From assembly GCA_044892525.1 (NCBI GenBank), contig CM097888.1:34782001-34846000 (forward strand): 64,000 nucleotides of DNA, read 5' to 3'. Below the pieces are notes generated by a model. The model saw only the letters and a list, made by a program, of their open reading frames with translations. It had not been told where the DNA came from and made no database searches. The stretch comes from Schmidtea polychroa (taxonomy: Eukaryota). Position numbers and translations under genes: made by a program. Below, in pieces: positions 37,076 to 48,638 of this stretch. Position 1 is the stretch's first letter. Every line of letters starts with the position of its first letter.

Positions 37076-38121
37076 TGGTGGCAGCGGTAAACACGGACGC
37101 ATTCACCGAAAGATTGCTACCAAAGGTATTCTGCCAAGGGGACGATTTGGAAAAGTTCATTAAAAGATGCGAAATTTATTTCGACGCCAAGGGAATCACG
37201 CAGAAGAAAGACCAGGAAAGATTAACATCTTGCATGATTGATGAGGATCTCCTGGAAGTGTACGCCAAAACACTGAAAAAAGCCGAAGGATTCCAGACTA
37301 GGTTGCGATTGGCATTCGATCGTGAAAGAGATGTTTTAAAGGATCTACAAAACTTGTTGAATTACAAGCTGAAGGGTGAAGAAATAGAAACGTATTTTAA
37401 AAAGGTGGAGGACCTTGTTGATAGGTTGTTCGAAAAAAAAGAATTTACCAAAGAGAAATTAACAGCAAGGATGTTAATAGTCTGTGCGGAGAATAAAGAA
37501 GTTGAGAAAGAAGTGATACTACGAAAGATAAAAAGCACAGAAGAAATAAAGGAAACACTAACTCTGATGGACAAAGTAGACAAGCAAAGAGGGCAGATAA
37601 ACAGTATGAAAAGTTACGCCAGAGTGGTCTATCAGGAACCACAGGGAAGAGTACAATACAAGAAGAAGGAACAGAGAGAAGAAAGTATCCGAAGAGAAAT
37701 GCCAGAATGCTGGTTATGCCACAAAATAGGACACACGAAAATTGATTGTCCAATAAAAGGTAAAATAGAATGCTGGACATGTCATAGAAGCGGACATATA
37801 AGTAGAAACTGTCCAGATAAAAAAGCTCCAAGATGTTTTGGGTGTGGGAAAGAAGGTCATATAAGAAGATTGTGTCAGGAAATACGTTGTGAAAGATGTA
37901 GCAGAAATGGTCATAGATCCGAGGAGTGTTATACAAAGATGAGGTACGGGATAGCGACGGAGAGACAAAGATTCACGGGAAACAGATACAGTCGGATAAA
38001 TGGTATCGAGGAAGAAGAAGAAAGGGAATCGTGTGTAGAGACAAATGAGGATAATTTTAGGAAGACGTACCCAAACAACAGGGCTCCACCAGTAGAGGAG
38101 TTGGTTGGAGCCATATTCTAA
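37075..38121 (+). CDS. gag: Gag with four CCHC zinc knuckles
   Basis: Open frame with ATG at 37075 (alternative ATG at 37027 inside the LTR). Knuckles CWLCHKIGHTKIDC, CWTCHRSGHISRNC, CFGCGKEGHIRRLC and CERCSRNGHRSEEC. Confidence 0.85.
   Translation: MVAAVNTDAFTERLLPKVFCQGDDLEKFIKRCEIYFDAKGITQKKDQERLTSCMIDEDLLEVYAKTLKKAEGFQTRLRLAFDRERDVLKDLQNLLNYKLKGEEIETYFKKVEDLVDRLFEKKEFTKEKLTARMLIVCAENKEVEKEVILRKIKSTEEIKETLTLMDKVDKQRGQINSMKSYARVVYQEPQGRVQYKKKEQREESIRREMPECWLCHKIGHTKIDCPIKGKIECWTCHRSGHISRNCPDKKAPRCFGCGKEGHIRRLCQEIRCERCSRNGHRSEECYTKMRYGIATERQRFTGNRYSRINGIEEEEERESCVETNEDNFRKTYPNNRAPPVEELVGAIF
37076..37088 (+). promoter_or_regulatory. Primer-binding site, probably tRNA-Leu
   Basis: TGGTGGCAGCGGT is complementary to the 3' end ...ACCGCTGCCA-CCA of metazoan tRNA-Leu(AAG/TAG), from recalled sequence. 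It directly abuts the LTR. Confidence 0.8.
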
Positions 38122-41100
38122 CAGAAAATTTGATGGGATATCCTCAAGGGGCAGAAAAGTGGGAGAATGTTGGAAGGGTAAGCGAGAAAGTATACAGGTT
38201 CCTAAAGAGAGAAATGTTTGAAGAGGAAGTGGAAAGAATTGGAACCATTGAAACGGAGCAGGTTGTTAAAATTTTGTATAACAGAATGCAAGGAAGGCCT
38301 AGTATAACAGTAAGGATGAATGGGGAAAATTTCGACTGTTTATTAGACATTGGGGCAAGAATCAATGTAATGAGTGTGAACTGTTTCAACAAGCTACGAG
38401 GACAACAATTGACGAAAAGTGACGATAAGTTACGATGCGCAAACGAGAGTACGATCGAGACAATAGGAAAAACGAAGGTGCAAGTAACCATTGGAAATGT
38501 TTCGAAGGAAGTAATATTCATTGTGGCGGAGAAAGTGACACCAGACGTGATTGGAGGAATCGAATTACAAGAAACATTTGGATTTAGACTGTTAAAAATT
38601 AAAGATATCGAGGCTAGTGAAAAAGACAAGAACTATATTTGTAACATTGAAGCAAAATTTGGCAGAAAAATAAAGGATGAAGAACGATTGATACGAGCGT
38701 TGGAGCAGTTAAAGATCAATGAAGATAGCAAATTAAAGGAAATTATAACAAACAGTGGAAACGTGTTTATGGCAGATAAATGGGATGTGGGTCGCATACA
38801 TTTGGTAAAACACAAGGTAGTTACAAGAGGTGAGCCGATAAACATAAAACCATATCGCCAACCACTAAATTTGGAATCAAAGATTGAAGAAGCAATACAA
38901 AATTTGTACGAAAATGGAATTATACGGAAATGTAACTCTCCATGGAATACACCGCTAATATGTGTATGGAAAAAAGAGAAAAAGGATATTAGACTATGCT
39001 TGGACTTTAGATAGCTGAACGCGGTAACAGAGAGGCAGGCATTTCCAATGCCAAACATAGACGAGATGTTGGATTTGTTAGGAGGATCCGTCTTTTTCAG
39101 CTCAATCGATCTAGGTAATGCATATTACCAAGTGGAACTAGAAGAAGAATCACAGGAGAAAACAGCTTTCTCAACAAAGAACGGACAATATTGTTTCAAC
39201 AGAATGCCGTTTGGAATTGCAGCAGCACCAGGTACGTTCCAAGAAATGATGACAAAGGTATTAGGCAAAATAAAGGGAGCAACATCTTGGACGACATCTT
39301 GATTTATTCAAGCAGTAAAGAGAAACACTATACAATACTCGGAGAAGTGTTAAAGGCGATTGAGGAAGCATGCCTAAGGATTAATCCAGAAAAATGCCAA
39401 ATAATAAAGGAAGAAATCAGATTCTTAGGACACATAATCAGCAAGGAAGGAGTACAGACAGATCCATCTAAAATTCAGGCCATACAGAACTTTGGGAAGC
39501 CTAATTGCGTAAAGAAACTCCGAAGCTTTTTAGGTATTTGCAATTATTATAAAAGATTCATCAGTGATTATGCAAAGAAGGCAAGGATGTTAGAACAATT
39601 ATGTAGCGGACCAAGTAACAAAAAATTAGAATGGAGTGAAGGAACGAATAGCGTGTTTGAGGGATTGGAATTAGCACTCACGACGGCGCCAATCTTATGT
39701 TTTCCGGATCTGAAAAAGGAGTTCATTTTAGATACCGACGCTAGTTTCGATACCATTGGAGCAGTACTTTCACAAAGAGATAAAGATGGAAAGGAAAGAG
39801 TAATTGCGTATGGATCACACTCGATGACGAGCCACGAGAAAGGATATTGTATTACAAGAAAGGAACTATTGGCGGTATATTATTTTTGCATTCATTTTAA
39901 GCACTATCTCTACGGAAGAAGATTCACGCTCAGGACAGACCACAAGGCAATCACGTTTATGATGACAACCAAGAAGCCGATTACTTCACAATTCCAAACA
40001 TGGATCAATTATTTGAGCAGTTTAGATATAAGAGTAGAATACAGAAAGGGTATTAATCACCAAAATGCAGACATGGTGTCGAGAACTAAATGTGACACGT
40101 GTGTTCAATGTCAAATGGCCCACGAAGAAGCTAAGAAAGGAAAGATAAAAACAAGATTACTAGACTAGATCAGAGAAGAGGGAAGAAGCAACATCCAACA
40201 TGGAATTGTAGAAGAAGTACGAAAGAAAACGATGATACCTGAAAATGAGTTACAAGAAACAATAAAGGAAATACATAGACTATTGTGTCATGCTGGAGTC
40301 GAGAAGATAGCCGATTATATGAAAGATAGATATGTTGGAAAACACCTGTGGAGTAAGATTCAGGAGATTGTTCGAAGTTGTGAGATTTGTCAAAAAACCA
40401 AGGCTTTAACAATAACAACGAAAGAATCAGTAAAAAGACAAGATTCGAAGGAAATGTTCGAAATTATATTCGTGGATATATGTGGACCGTTGGCAGAAAC
40501 AAAAGGACGTAAGAAGTATATATTGGGCATAATAGATCAGTATAGTAAGTATCAAGTCTTGACAGCGATAACAAAACAAGACGAAGAAACAATAAAGAAA
40601 ACGATTTTAGAAAAGTGGATTTTAAGATTTGGATGCCCAAAGGAGATAAGAGTTGATTGCGGAAAGGCGTTTGAATCAGGAATGATGAGAGAATTCACAA
40701 AGATGCTAGATATTAAATTATGTTTTTCGAGTCCATACCATCACCAAACAAACGGTCAGATAGAAAGACAATTCAGGACAATACGGGATTTGATAAATGC
40801 TACTTTACAGGATAGAAAGAAGACGGATTGGGCAGAGATATTACCAGAAGTCGAATTCACTTTAAATGCAACCAAACAAAAAACGACAGGGAAAAGCCCG
40901 GCAGAGATAGATTTTGGAAAAAAGATTAGCAGGGAAAAATGGTATGGGTCCAAAGAAATACTGGTAAAGGAAGAACTAGAAGAACAAACAAGGAGAAAAT
41001 TCAATGTAGGAGAAGAAGTATTAGTAAAAGTAGAAACACGCCACAAAGGCCAGGACAGGTATGAAGGTCCGTACAAAGTGATAGAGAAAGTGCATGACAG

Positions 41101-41185
41101 ACGATACATCTTAAGAAATGAAGATGGAAAAAGGATCGAAAGAAATGTGGAAAAACTTAAAAATTTCTTAAGAAGGGGGATATGA
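38061..41185 (+). pseudogene. pol: Disrupted pol (protease, RT, RNase H, integrase)
   Basis: Protease LLDIGA (DTG to DIG). TAG at 39012-39014, a frameshift at ~39284 that removes the Y of YxDD, and TAG at 40166-40168. RNase H LDTDAS; integrase HHCC, FVDICGP, RVDCG and GQIER. Confidence 0.9.
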
Positions 41186-41412
41186 GGAAGTTTTATGATG
41201 AAGAAATTTTTAAATTGAAAATTTTAAAAATTAAAGTTTAGATTAATTTCTAAAAAAACAAAATAAGATATTTTAATTAAAAATATCTTCGTAGAAAATT
41301 TGTTTAAATAAGAAAGATTAAAGAAGATATAATTTGATTTTGATATTTATTGAAATAAAATTTATGGAAACAAAAACTGATTTTAATGTTTTACAGGATG
41401 AATCTCCTAATA
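41181..41412 (+). repeat. 3' LTR (232 bp), preceded by PPT AAGAAGGGGGA
   Basis: Near-identical to the 5' LTR and followed by TSD CTAAG. Confidence 0.92.
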
Positions 41413-42911
41413 CTAAGATTAGAATGGAATTTTGAAAAAAAAGAATTAATAAAAGTGAATTTGAAAAAAATTATTAAAATGAAATGCTTTCCAATGGGAC
41501 AGACCTAACAGATATTTTAAAGCATAAAAAAGCATAAAAAAGCATAAAACAACCCATACATTAGGAGAATAAACTTAAAGAAATAATAGAAAACTTGGAA
41601 ATATGATGTGGAAGGAAGCCCTTGTATATTTTGATGACATTCAAATTTTTTCATGACGTTTGGTGAACATAAGAAACCTATTCTAAAAATTATTTAAAAG
41701 AATTAGTGACTCAGGATAGAAAATCGATTTCGATAAATATAAATTTTTAGTAACAGAATTAAAATTTCTCGGACATGAAATAAATAAAGGTGTTAAAACC
41801 GACCTTGGGGATATTAGTACTATGATTAATTTTAGAAAACCTCATTGTGTAAAATACCTCTGTAATCTTTTAGGATTAACGAACTATTACCGGAAATTTA
41901 TTAAAAACTATTCAAGTATATCCCGATCTATAGAAAAATTAATTACGTCTACTAAAAATAAGATTCAATGGTCTGATGATTGTAAAAACATTTTTGACAA
42001 ACTTAAACATCAGATGATCCACAGACCGATACTAACACATCTGGTTATTGGAAAAGAATAGCTTATAGTTATAAGAGTTTGAATACTCACAAGATTGGTT
42101 ATTGTTTAACAATAAAAGAATTTTTGTCTGTTTTTCACTTTACACAACATTTCAAACACTACCTTTATGGAAGAAAATTCATATTCCACTCAGACCACAG
42201 AGCTATAACATTTATGATGACAACAAAGAAACCAATAACAGCCCAATTTAAAAGTTAAATCAAAATTGAGTCATTCGCGGGTCAGTGTAAGTGCGTTTGT
42301 AGTTTGTAGTAAACCAAAGGATAATAAAGAAAGAGTTAGGAACCGACCAAAGTTGAGTCGTATTTTATAAATTTTATTCTTTTCAAAAAAGCGTTATACT
42401 TATTTTATTATTTATTACTACATTGATAAAATGAGCAATTGTGACGAAGAAAATGATCACGAAATATCTACTGATACATTATCAGATTTTTCATGTGACA
42501 GTAATATCAAATATATAGTGAAAAAATAATATTAATAAAAAATTGTCAATTTACCTATGATTTTTCATTTTTAGATCACTATTCTATAATTACCTTATCA
42601 AAAAAAATGTCGGGTTTCTAAACCATAATTATAGAGAATATGTTTAAATGTACAATGACAAATGTTTCGTTAAAAAGCCTTGTAGCTTTCGATTAATTGC
42701 AGTTTTGCTGAATGAATAAATCCCCACGAAATTTACGAAAAAACACCAGTCACACCCATAAGTCTACTGCAAAATATACTCACATACAAAAGAAATTTTT
42801 TTTAAAAAAAATAAAGTACAAAATAAAAACATGTTTTAAAATTACATTTCATAAAAAAAAGATTCAATCAAAAAATCTTTTTAAATTTACTTTATCAACA
42901 CTGATTCAAAA

Positions 42912-43331
42912 GGTTACCCGACAAAAGCGCGCAAGGTCTATATGCCCTATTAGGTCTTTAGGTCTATATGCCCTCTCACCATAGTGTATCCCTTCCTCAT
43001 ATGTTCTACTCATGTCTGTCTTTTGTGTGCTGGTTCGGCGGAGACCTCACATAGTACCTGTGTCCTCTTTCTCATTGCGTAACTTTTATGACACGTCAGT
43101 CTTTGCGGCGATCAAACCGGCCATCTCAACAAACTTTACTCGATAGTCAACTATTGATGCCTGTGTATTGCTGTTGCTCAGGGTGCATATTCGGAGTTTC
43201 CTGCGTCACTGAGATTAACAAGTTTTAGTTTTGGAATTTTTAATTTACAGTCTGTGCGCTTTTGTCTTGCGCGCATTTGTCGGGGTTCTTAGCATTGCGC
43301 GATTTTGTCGGAGCGCTTTTGTTACGGCGCC
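42912..43331. mobile_element. Non-autonomous Mutator-like element (420 bp)
   Basis: Perfect 9-bp TSD GATTCAAAA (42903-42911, 43332-43340). G-starting imperfect TIRs share ACAAAAGCGC, with repeated GCGC(T/A)TTTGTC subterminal motifs. Confidence 0.75.
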
Positions 43332-44749
43332 GATTCAAAAATATTTAATTTAATAAATTTGAAATTATTTGTTATTTTTATTGTTACAAATAATGGACTT
43401 TCCCATTAATATTTTTCTGCCGGTACCCAGTTACAAGCTGACTTGTTTTGAGACAATTTGTTTCCGTTAAAATCTAATAATTGCGTAATTACTAGAAAAG
43501 CTTTCAAAAAATTTATGACTGTCCATTTTATTATTTGAAATATATTGTAAATATATTGTCAATAATTTTTTCAAAAAATATCATTTAAAGTTTTTTAAAT
43601 ATTTTTAAAAAAACATTTTAAAAATAAATTAAATATTCAATAAAATTTATTTTAGCAAAATTTATTAATTTATAATTAGTTAAAGTGTTGACAATTTATT
43701 TTGATCGCCATTATAATTATTACTAATAATATAATTTTCAATTATTAAGAATTTGAATATTTTTATATTTGAAATTTAAAAATTATACAAAATCAAACAA
43801 ATCAAACCTGTAAATCAACTTCTCTAGAGTTTTTCTCCAAGAATTGTTTTTTAGCTGTAGTTTTACTCAGAGTTCGTCCTACCCTACCAGATGCAGCCAT
43901 GACTTAATAAAACGTTATTCCAGAAATTTTCAACATTTAAATCATGAATAATAATGGCTCATTTTCACTCAATTAATAATAATAAAGTGGCACACAGCGC
44001 TGCAGCCAATTGAAACAACCAATCACAATAAAGATTAAATTAGATTTGTTTTAATGAATATTTTCATGAAAAATTTGACGAAAACATTTAATTTTCAGAT
44101 TTCCTATGCTGTTTTATTTTTTTATAGAATTATTTTTCGTTTTTTTCTTATGGTTGTCAAGGTCTTTTAGGAAATTTAAAAATAGTTAATAAATTACCTC
44201 GAACAAAATAAAGTCGAATTTAGGAATTTTAGATTAGTTTTTCTATGCATTTAAATTTAAAATGTACTTTCTAAATACTTTTGAGATGTTAAATTATGAT
44301 TTTATCTCATGTTGAAATAATGTTTAATTATATGAAAATTTCTACAAATACAATAAGGTAGGTAGGTGAAATTTCTTCGGAATTTTTGAAAATTTACAAA
44401 AATTTATGTTATTAGTTTTGCAATAGAATAATTTATCAAAGAAATTGTTGAATTTTGTTATGACCGTTATAAAAATAAAGTTAAATTTAACATTTAATAT
44501 AATTAACTCAATTCACTGATTTATTAAATTATATATTAATATAATTTATTAAAAAGAGAGCTTGAAGACTATAAATCAGTAAATATATCGATGTTTGATA
44601 TTCATGAATTTTCAGCACTGCCTTTTTCAAGTGAATTCACTTGAAAAAAAAGATATATATTCTTTGTTTATAACTTTTGAAAATCCTCAAAACCTATTAA
44701 ATGGATATAATAAATACTAAAGTTCCACAGTCTGCAGTAGTGGTTAGAT

Positions 44750-45256
44750 CAGGGGTAGGGAACCTGCGGCCTCCAGGAGCTTCATGTGCGGCCTCCGGAG
44801 CCTTATCGAAAAAAATCTTAATTTATATAAAAAACCATAAATTTTGAGAATTTACAAATAAAAATACTTGTAACTTTTGAACTGTATATATACCTTACTA
44901 TACAAGCATCCCGTCGATTACAAAGAACTAAATATAAATGTCAATCATCCACATCCATAAATACAAAACGTATATAGACGAATAAATAAGATTATTGAGC
45001 ACTCGTTTGTGAAATGATGAATTATTTGCATCAATTTTTCGATTCAGAAATAATAAAAATTTTCCAGAAAATTTCGTACAGCTGCATGTTTTAAACCTGG
45101 AGACTAATTATAAATATTGTTTTAATTACTAACTGTATATAAATAAAAGATTTAAAATGAAATTAATTAATGTTAAAATACTTTTTGACTGCGGACACAT
45201 TTGGAGGCGACAAATCTCAATGTGGCCTACGGAAATAAAAAGGTTTTCTACCCCTG
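44750..45256. mobile_element. hAT (Buster-type) MITE (507 bp)
   Basis: TIRs CAGGGGTAGGGAACCT / CAGGGGTAGAAAACCT. Perfect TSD GGTTAGAT. Confidence 0.92.
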
Positions 45257-45536
45257 GGTTAGATTCTAAGAATAAAAAAACACTTTAAATCATGGAATAT
45301 AATAAAATAAAAATTTATTTATAAAATTAGCTAAATTTATTTTTTCTTCACTTTTATGACTATAGGTAAAATTTTCAACAAATTATATATAGATATCTGG
45401 TTATTTTGTTCAAGATGTCACATTTTCCTTATACACCGTTTTGCATTTGATAAAAACTATGGAGTGTGTGAGCAGCATTTACATGCAAAGAAAAATGAGA
45501 AATTACTTCATATAAGTTATTGTCCAGAATACAAAA

Positions 45537-46149
45537 TTTGACACGCAGTTACCAGAATTAAAAAAATAAATTTCATAATATCTTGTCAAAGAATTGAAAT
45601 ACAATGTCTTATATTTAAATTAACTGCATGAATTTCATCTCATAAAAGAAAGTAAAAAAAATCACATCAAGTTCATTCTGTAAAAGTAACCATGGATTAT
45701 AAATTCTAATTTTAAAAATATAAATGAAGTAATAATAATCGAATTTAGGCAGAACTAAGAAATTGACAATATTATAACTTAGTATGCATGCTCAGTCATA
45801 AATTTCATCTTAATTATATTGTTTTTTAAATTATTTATTTGAATTATTATATTTATAAAGTATTTTTATTAAATTACATGAAGACTCGTGTGCTAACTTC
45901 TTGATAAATTTGTTAAAAAAATTAAAAAATTTTGATGAGTCGATAGTGGGCCGCATACATTTACATTTTTAAAATTAGAATTTATAATCCATGGTTACTT
46001 TTACAGAATGAACTTGATATGTGACTTTTTTACTTTCTTTTACGAGATGAAATACATGCAGTTAATTTAAATATAAGACATTGTATTTCAATTCTTTGAC
46101 AAGATATTATGAAATTTATTTTTTTTATTTCTGTTAACTGCGTGTCAAA
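45537..46149. mobile_element. Foldback element with ~190-bp inverted arms
   Basis: Arms at 45537-45726 and 45958-46149 are highly similar inverted copies (TTTGACACGCAG...CTGCGTGTCAAA) around a 231-bp spacer. TSD not resolved. Confidence 0.8.
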
Positions 46150-47317
46150 AATTATTTCTAAAAATCTAAGTTTAATTTTAATCTTTATTATCAAAATCTA
46201 AAAATTTATAACTCATTCGCCCATAATTTAATATTTTCTCAAAAATTTAGTAAAATATTTTTAATATGACGCAAATGATTTTTAACTATAATTTAACAAC
46301 AATTATTCTTTCAACAATTATTCTTCTCCATCTGACTGGCTGTGTAATTTTGAGCTCGTGTCTGTGTACGCGTTGTTAATTGATTTTTCGTGTATGTGTG
46401 CGCACACAGGCGTGGACAAGGTTTTTTTAATGAAACTGGAATTTTGGAATTTTGATTATTGATTTTTTTTGTTTGAATACTTGGAAAAGATGTCACGGAT
46501 TTATATTTTGAATTTAAAGATGAAAATGAAAAAGATCGAATGCTGAAAGGAAAGTATATATCTGGTTCTACTCCATTTGTCAAAAAAATTTATTGAGGAA
46601 AAATTCGAATTGCCTTTCTATGAAATTATTAAATTAGTTGTTCAATTTCGAAATAATCCCAATGCTGCTGTTCGACACAAACGTTATAGAATTGTGCTCA
46701 ATGAATATTTATGAGGATTATATATATATTCTATGCTATGCCGTTAGAGACTGATGACGAGGAGAGTGTTCGATGGGGCCATGTTGTGAAATTATATTTG
46801 AATATGGTTCATTATGATTTGAAATTAAACCGGGGATCATATGCAATCAAATGTTTCAATACGGTGTTTGCTAAGCAGCCGGTGAATACAAAAGCCCTTT
46901 ATTGAAAAAGAAAGAGTCTGATGGTTAATTGAGAATTTGAAGCTGGTATTTCAAAAATTGGTCAAACTCGAGAACATGCTTTGTTGGTTTATAAACTTAG
47001 AGTCAAGCAAATGATAATTAATGTAAATAAAACCGTGATTTTTAGTTTAATTGGATCTGATTTGTTCAATTATTATTAATAAACAATTCAAATTCACAAA
47101 TTTCTTTTGTTTTCCCAAAATAAAAGTTTACTTTAAATACTGGCTTCTGAAATGTTTTCCAATTTCATTTAAAAAACATTTTCAGAATATTAATTTGATT
47201 TTACTTTTAGAGTTTTATCAAACAGTTTCGATTTTTTAGATTTATTTAGTTTCCCAGTAGAAGATTTGAAAAGGTAGGCAAACAAAGAAATTATTTCTAA
47301 TTTTCCCAATTTCATAG

Positions 47318-48638
47318 TGCTGGCGTAGCCAGGAATTTATGAAGGGTGGGGGAGGGGAGTTGGAGTTCAGAAATATTTATTAATATTATGGTCAATCATT
47401 TCAAGCGTAAACGAATGAGAGTGCCGAAATCACGAAGCCCCTCGTGATTAAGTTGTCTGATACTATCAGACTGATAGATTAAAATGGTTTAAATGTAAAA
47501 AAAAATTAATATTAAATGTTATTATTTTTATGACAAATGGAAAATGAAGATTCCATTAAAATTAAAAAGTTCAAATTTATTCAAGACTTTCAACTTTCAA
47601 GTGAGCAACAGTCAACAGTGACAGTCCAAAGAAGAGAAGGGAATTATAAGCCTAATAATTCTACCGTCTATTGTCATTTTATTTTAGGCTTCATCGCCCG
47701 ACAACAATTTAGACTATAATGCAAAGTCCAAACGCTTTTCTGTTTGATAAATTCATTGATTACTTCATCTGTAGATGGCGCATATTCTTGATGGATATTC
47801 AAAAGAGCCAGTCCATTGAGTCGTTTTTCGCTAGTAGTGTTTCGTAGATATGTTTTAAAACGTCGGAGAGTTGAGAGTGAACGCTCACTGGTGCATGTGG
47901 ATACGAGTAGTGTGGCTAAGATTTGCAGAAGTTTTCTGACATTTGGTTGCAATGCAGCATTATAGACAGCTATAGCCTCTAAGGCATTTCTTGGCTCACA
48001 CGTGAAAGACGACGATATTATAGTTTAATTTCTGTAATAGCCGATTCTACATCACAATCTAGATCATCAGAATAAAAATCAACAAGATGTTTAATGTCCT
48101 CCAACATTTTACTAGATGGTGAATTATTCGGATCTTTCCATAGGAGACACTGGAAACCTTGATGCACCTTCTTGTAATTCAAGAATCTAGATTGGAGTTG
48201 ACTTATGAACGCGTCTAAGATTGGAAAGGTTGCATCGTTTAGTTTGTTTGACAGTTATTCTTGGTCGTTTAATTGAAAAATCATGTTTTTCTGCAACCTC
48301 AGATACAGCATCATACAAATTCATCGTCTGCTTCTACTCTCAAACGTTGTACCTATGCCATGATGTCTTCTGCCGATTGCATGGCTTCTACAAGATAAAG
48401 GTCTATATTTTGAAGCTCTTTACACAGTTGTTTGCTATAGTTAAACACTTGAGTTGTGCAATGCAGAAATCTGCTTGCTTCATGATGTATAGAAGATGTG
48501 TAGCTTGTGATGACGTGTCTCTATCCCTCCACTCTGCTATATCGTCCAATTCAGAATTAGGCATTTGACGGCGACAAATATTTGTACATGAAAAATCCAA
48601 TGGGGGGTTTAAACCCCTAAAAAAACCCTACGCCACTG
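47318..48638 (-). mobile_element. Internally deleted hAT (Tip100 / P52rIPK-ZMYM-like) transposon
   Basis: Ends CAGTGGCGTAG (48638) and degenerate ...TGGCGTAGCCAGG (47321). C-terminal hATC peptide PNVRKLLQILATL.VSTCTSERS.STLRR.KTYLRNTTSEKRLNGLALLNIH. TSD not matched. Confidence 0.8.

Larger units (their letters stand above)
36843..41412 (+). mobile_element. Full-length Ty3/gypsy LTR retrotransposon (4570 bp), recent but pol-defective
   Basis: LTRs at 36843-37075 and 41181-41412 differ by 2 substitutions and 1 indel. TSD CTAAG (36838-36842, 41413-41417), PBS at 37076-37088 and PPT at 41170-41180. Domain order gag, PR-RT-RH-IN; no env. Confidence 0.96.
36481..42260 (+). mobile_element. Older degenerate Ty3/gypsy internal region, split by the younger insertion (parts 36481-36842 and 41413-42260)
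   Basis: Left part: protease FNCLLDTGA. Right part: RT LVYFDDI, LKFLGHEI and LLGLTNYYRKFI, and RNase H HFKHYLYGRKF..DHRAITFMMTTKKPIT. Many stops and frameshifts. Confidence 0.8.

Noticed and set aside
37362-41109. Antisense ORFs over gag-pol and the PLE (e.g. 37445-37936, 38144-38629, 40756-41109, 32001-32333)
   Set aside because: These are shadow ORFs expected from the A-rich coding strand, with no recognisable motifs.
38130-41185. Apparent paradox of ~99% identical LTRs with a dead pol
   Set aside because: Three LTR differences in ~232 bp imply roughly two dozen changes over the 4.1-kb interior, so four damaging lesions need no special explanation.
42270-42900. Possible piggyBac 5' end with acidic MSNCDEENDHE.. 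peptide
   Set aside because: No TTAA-bounded TIR or catalytic motif could be confirmed.
43990-44030. Paired CCAAT boxes as a promoter
   Set aside because: No adjacent exon or transcript evidence; such motifs are common by chance.
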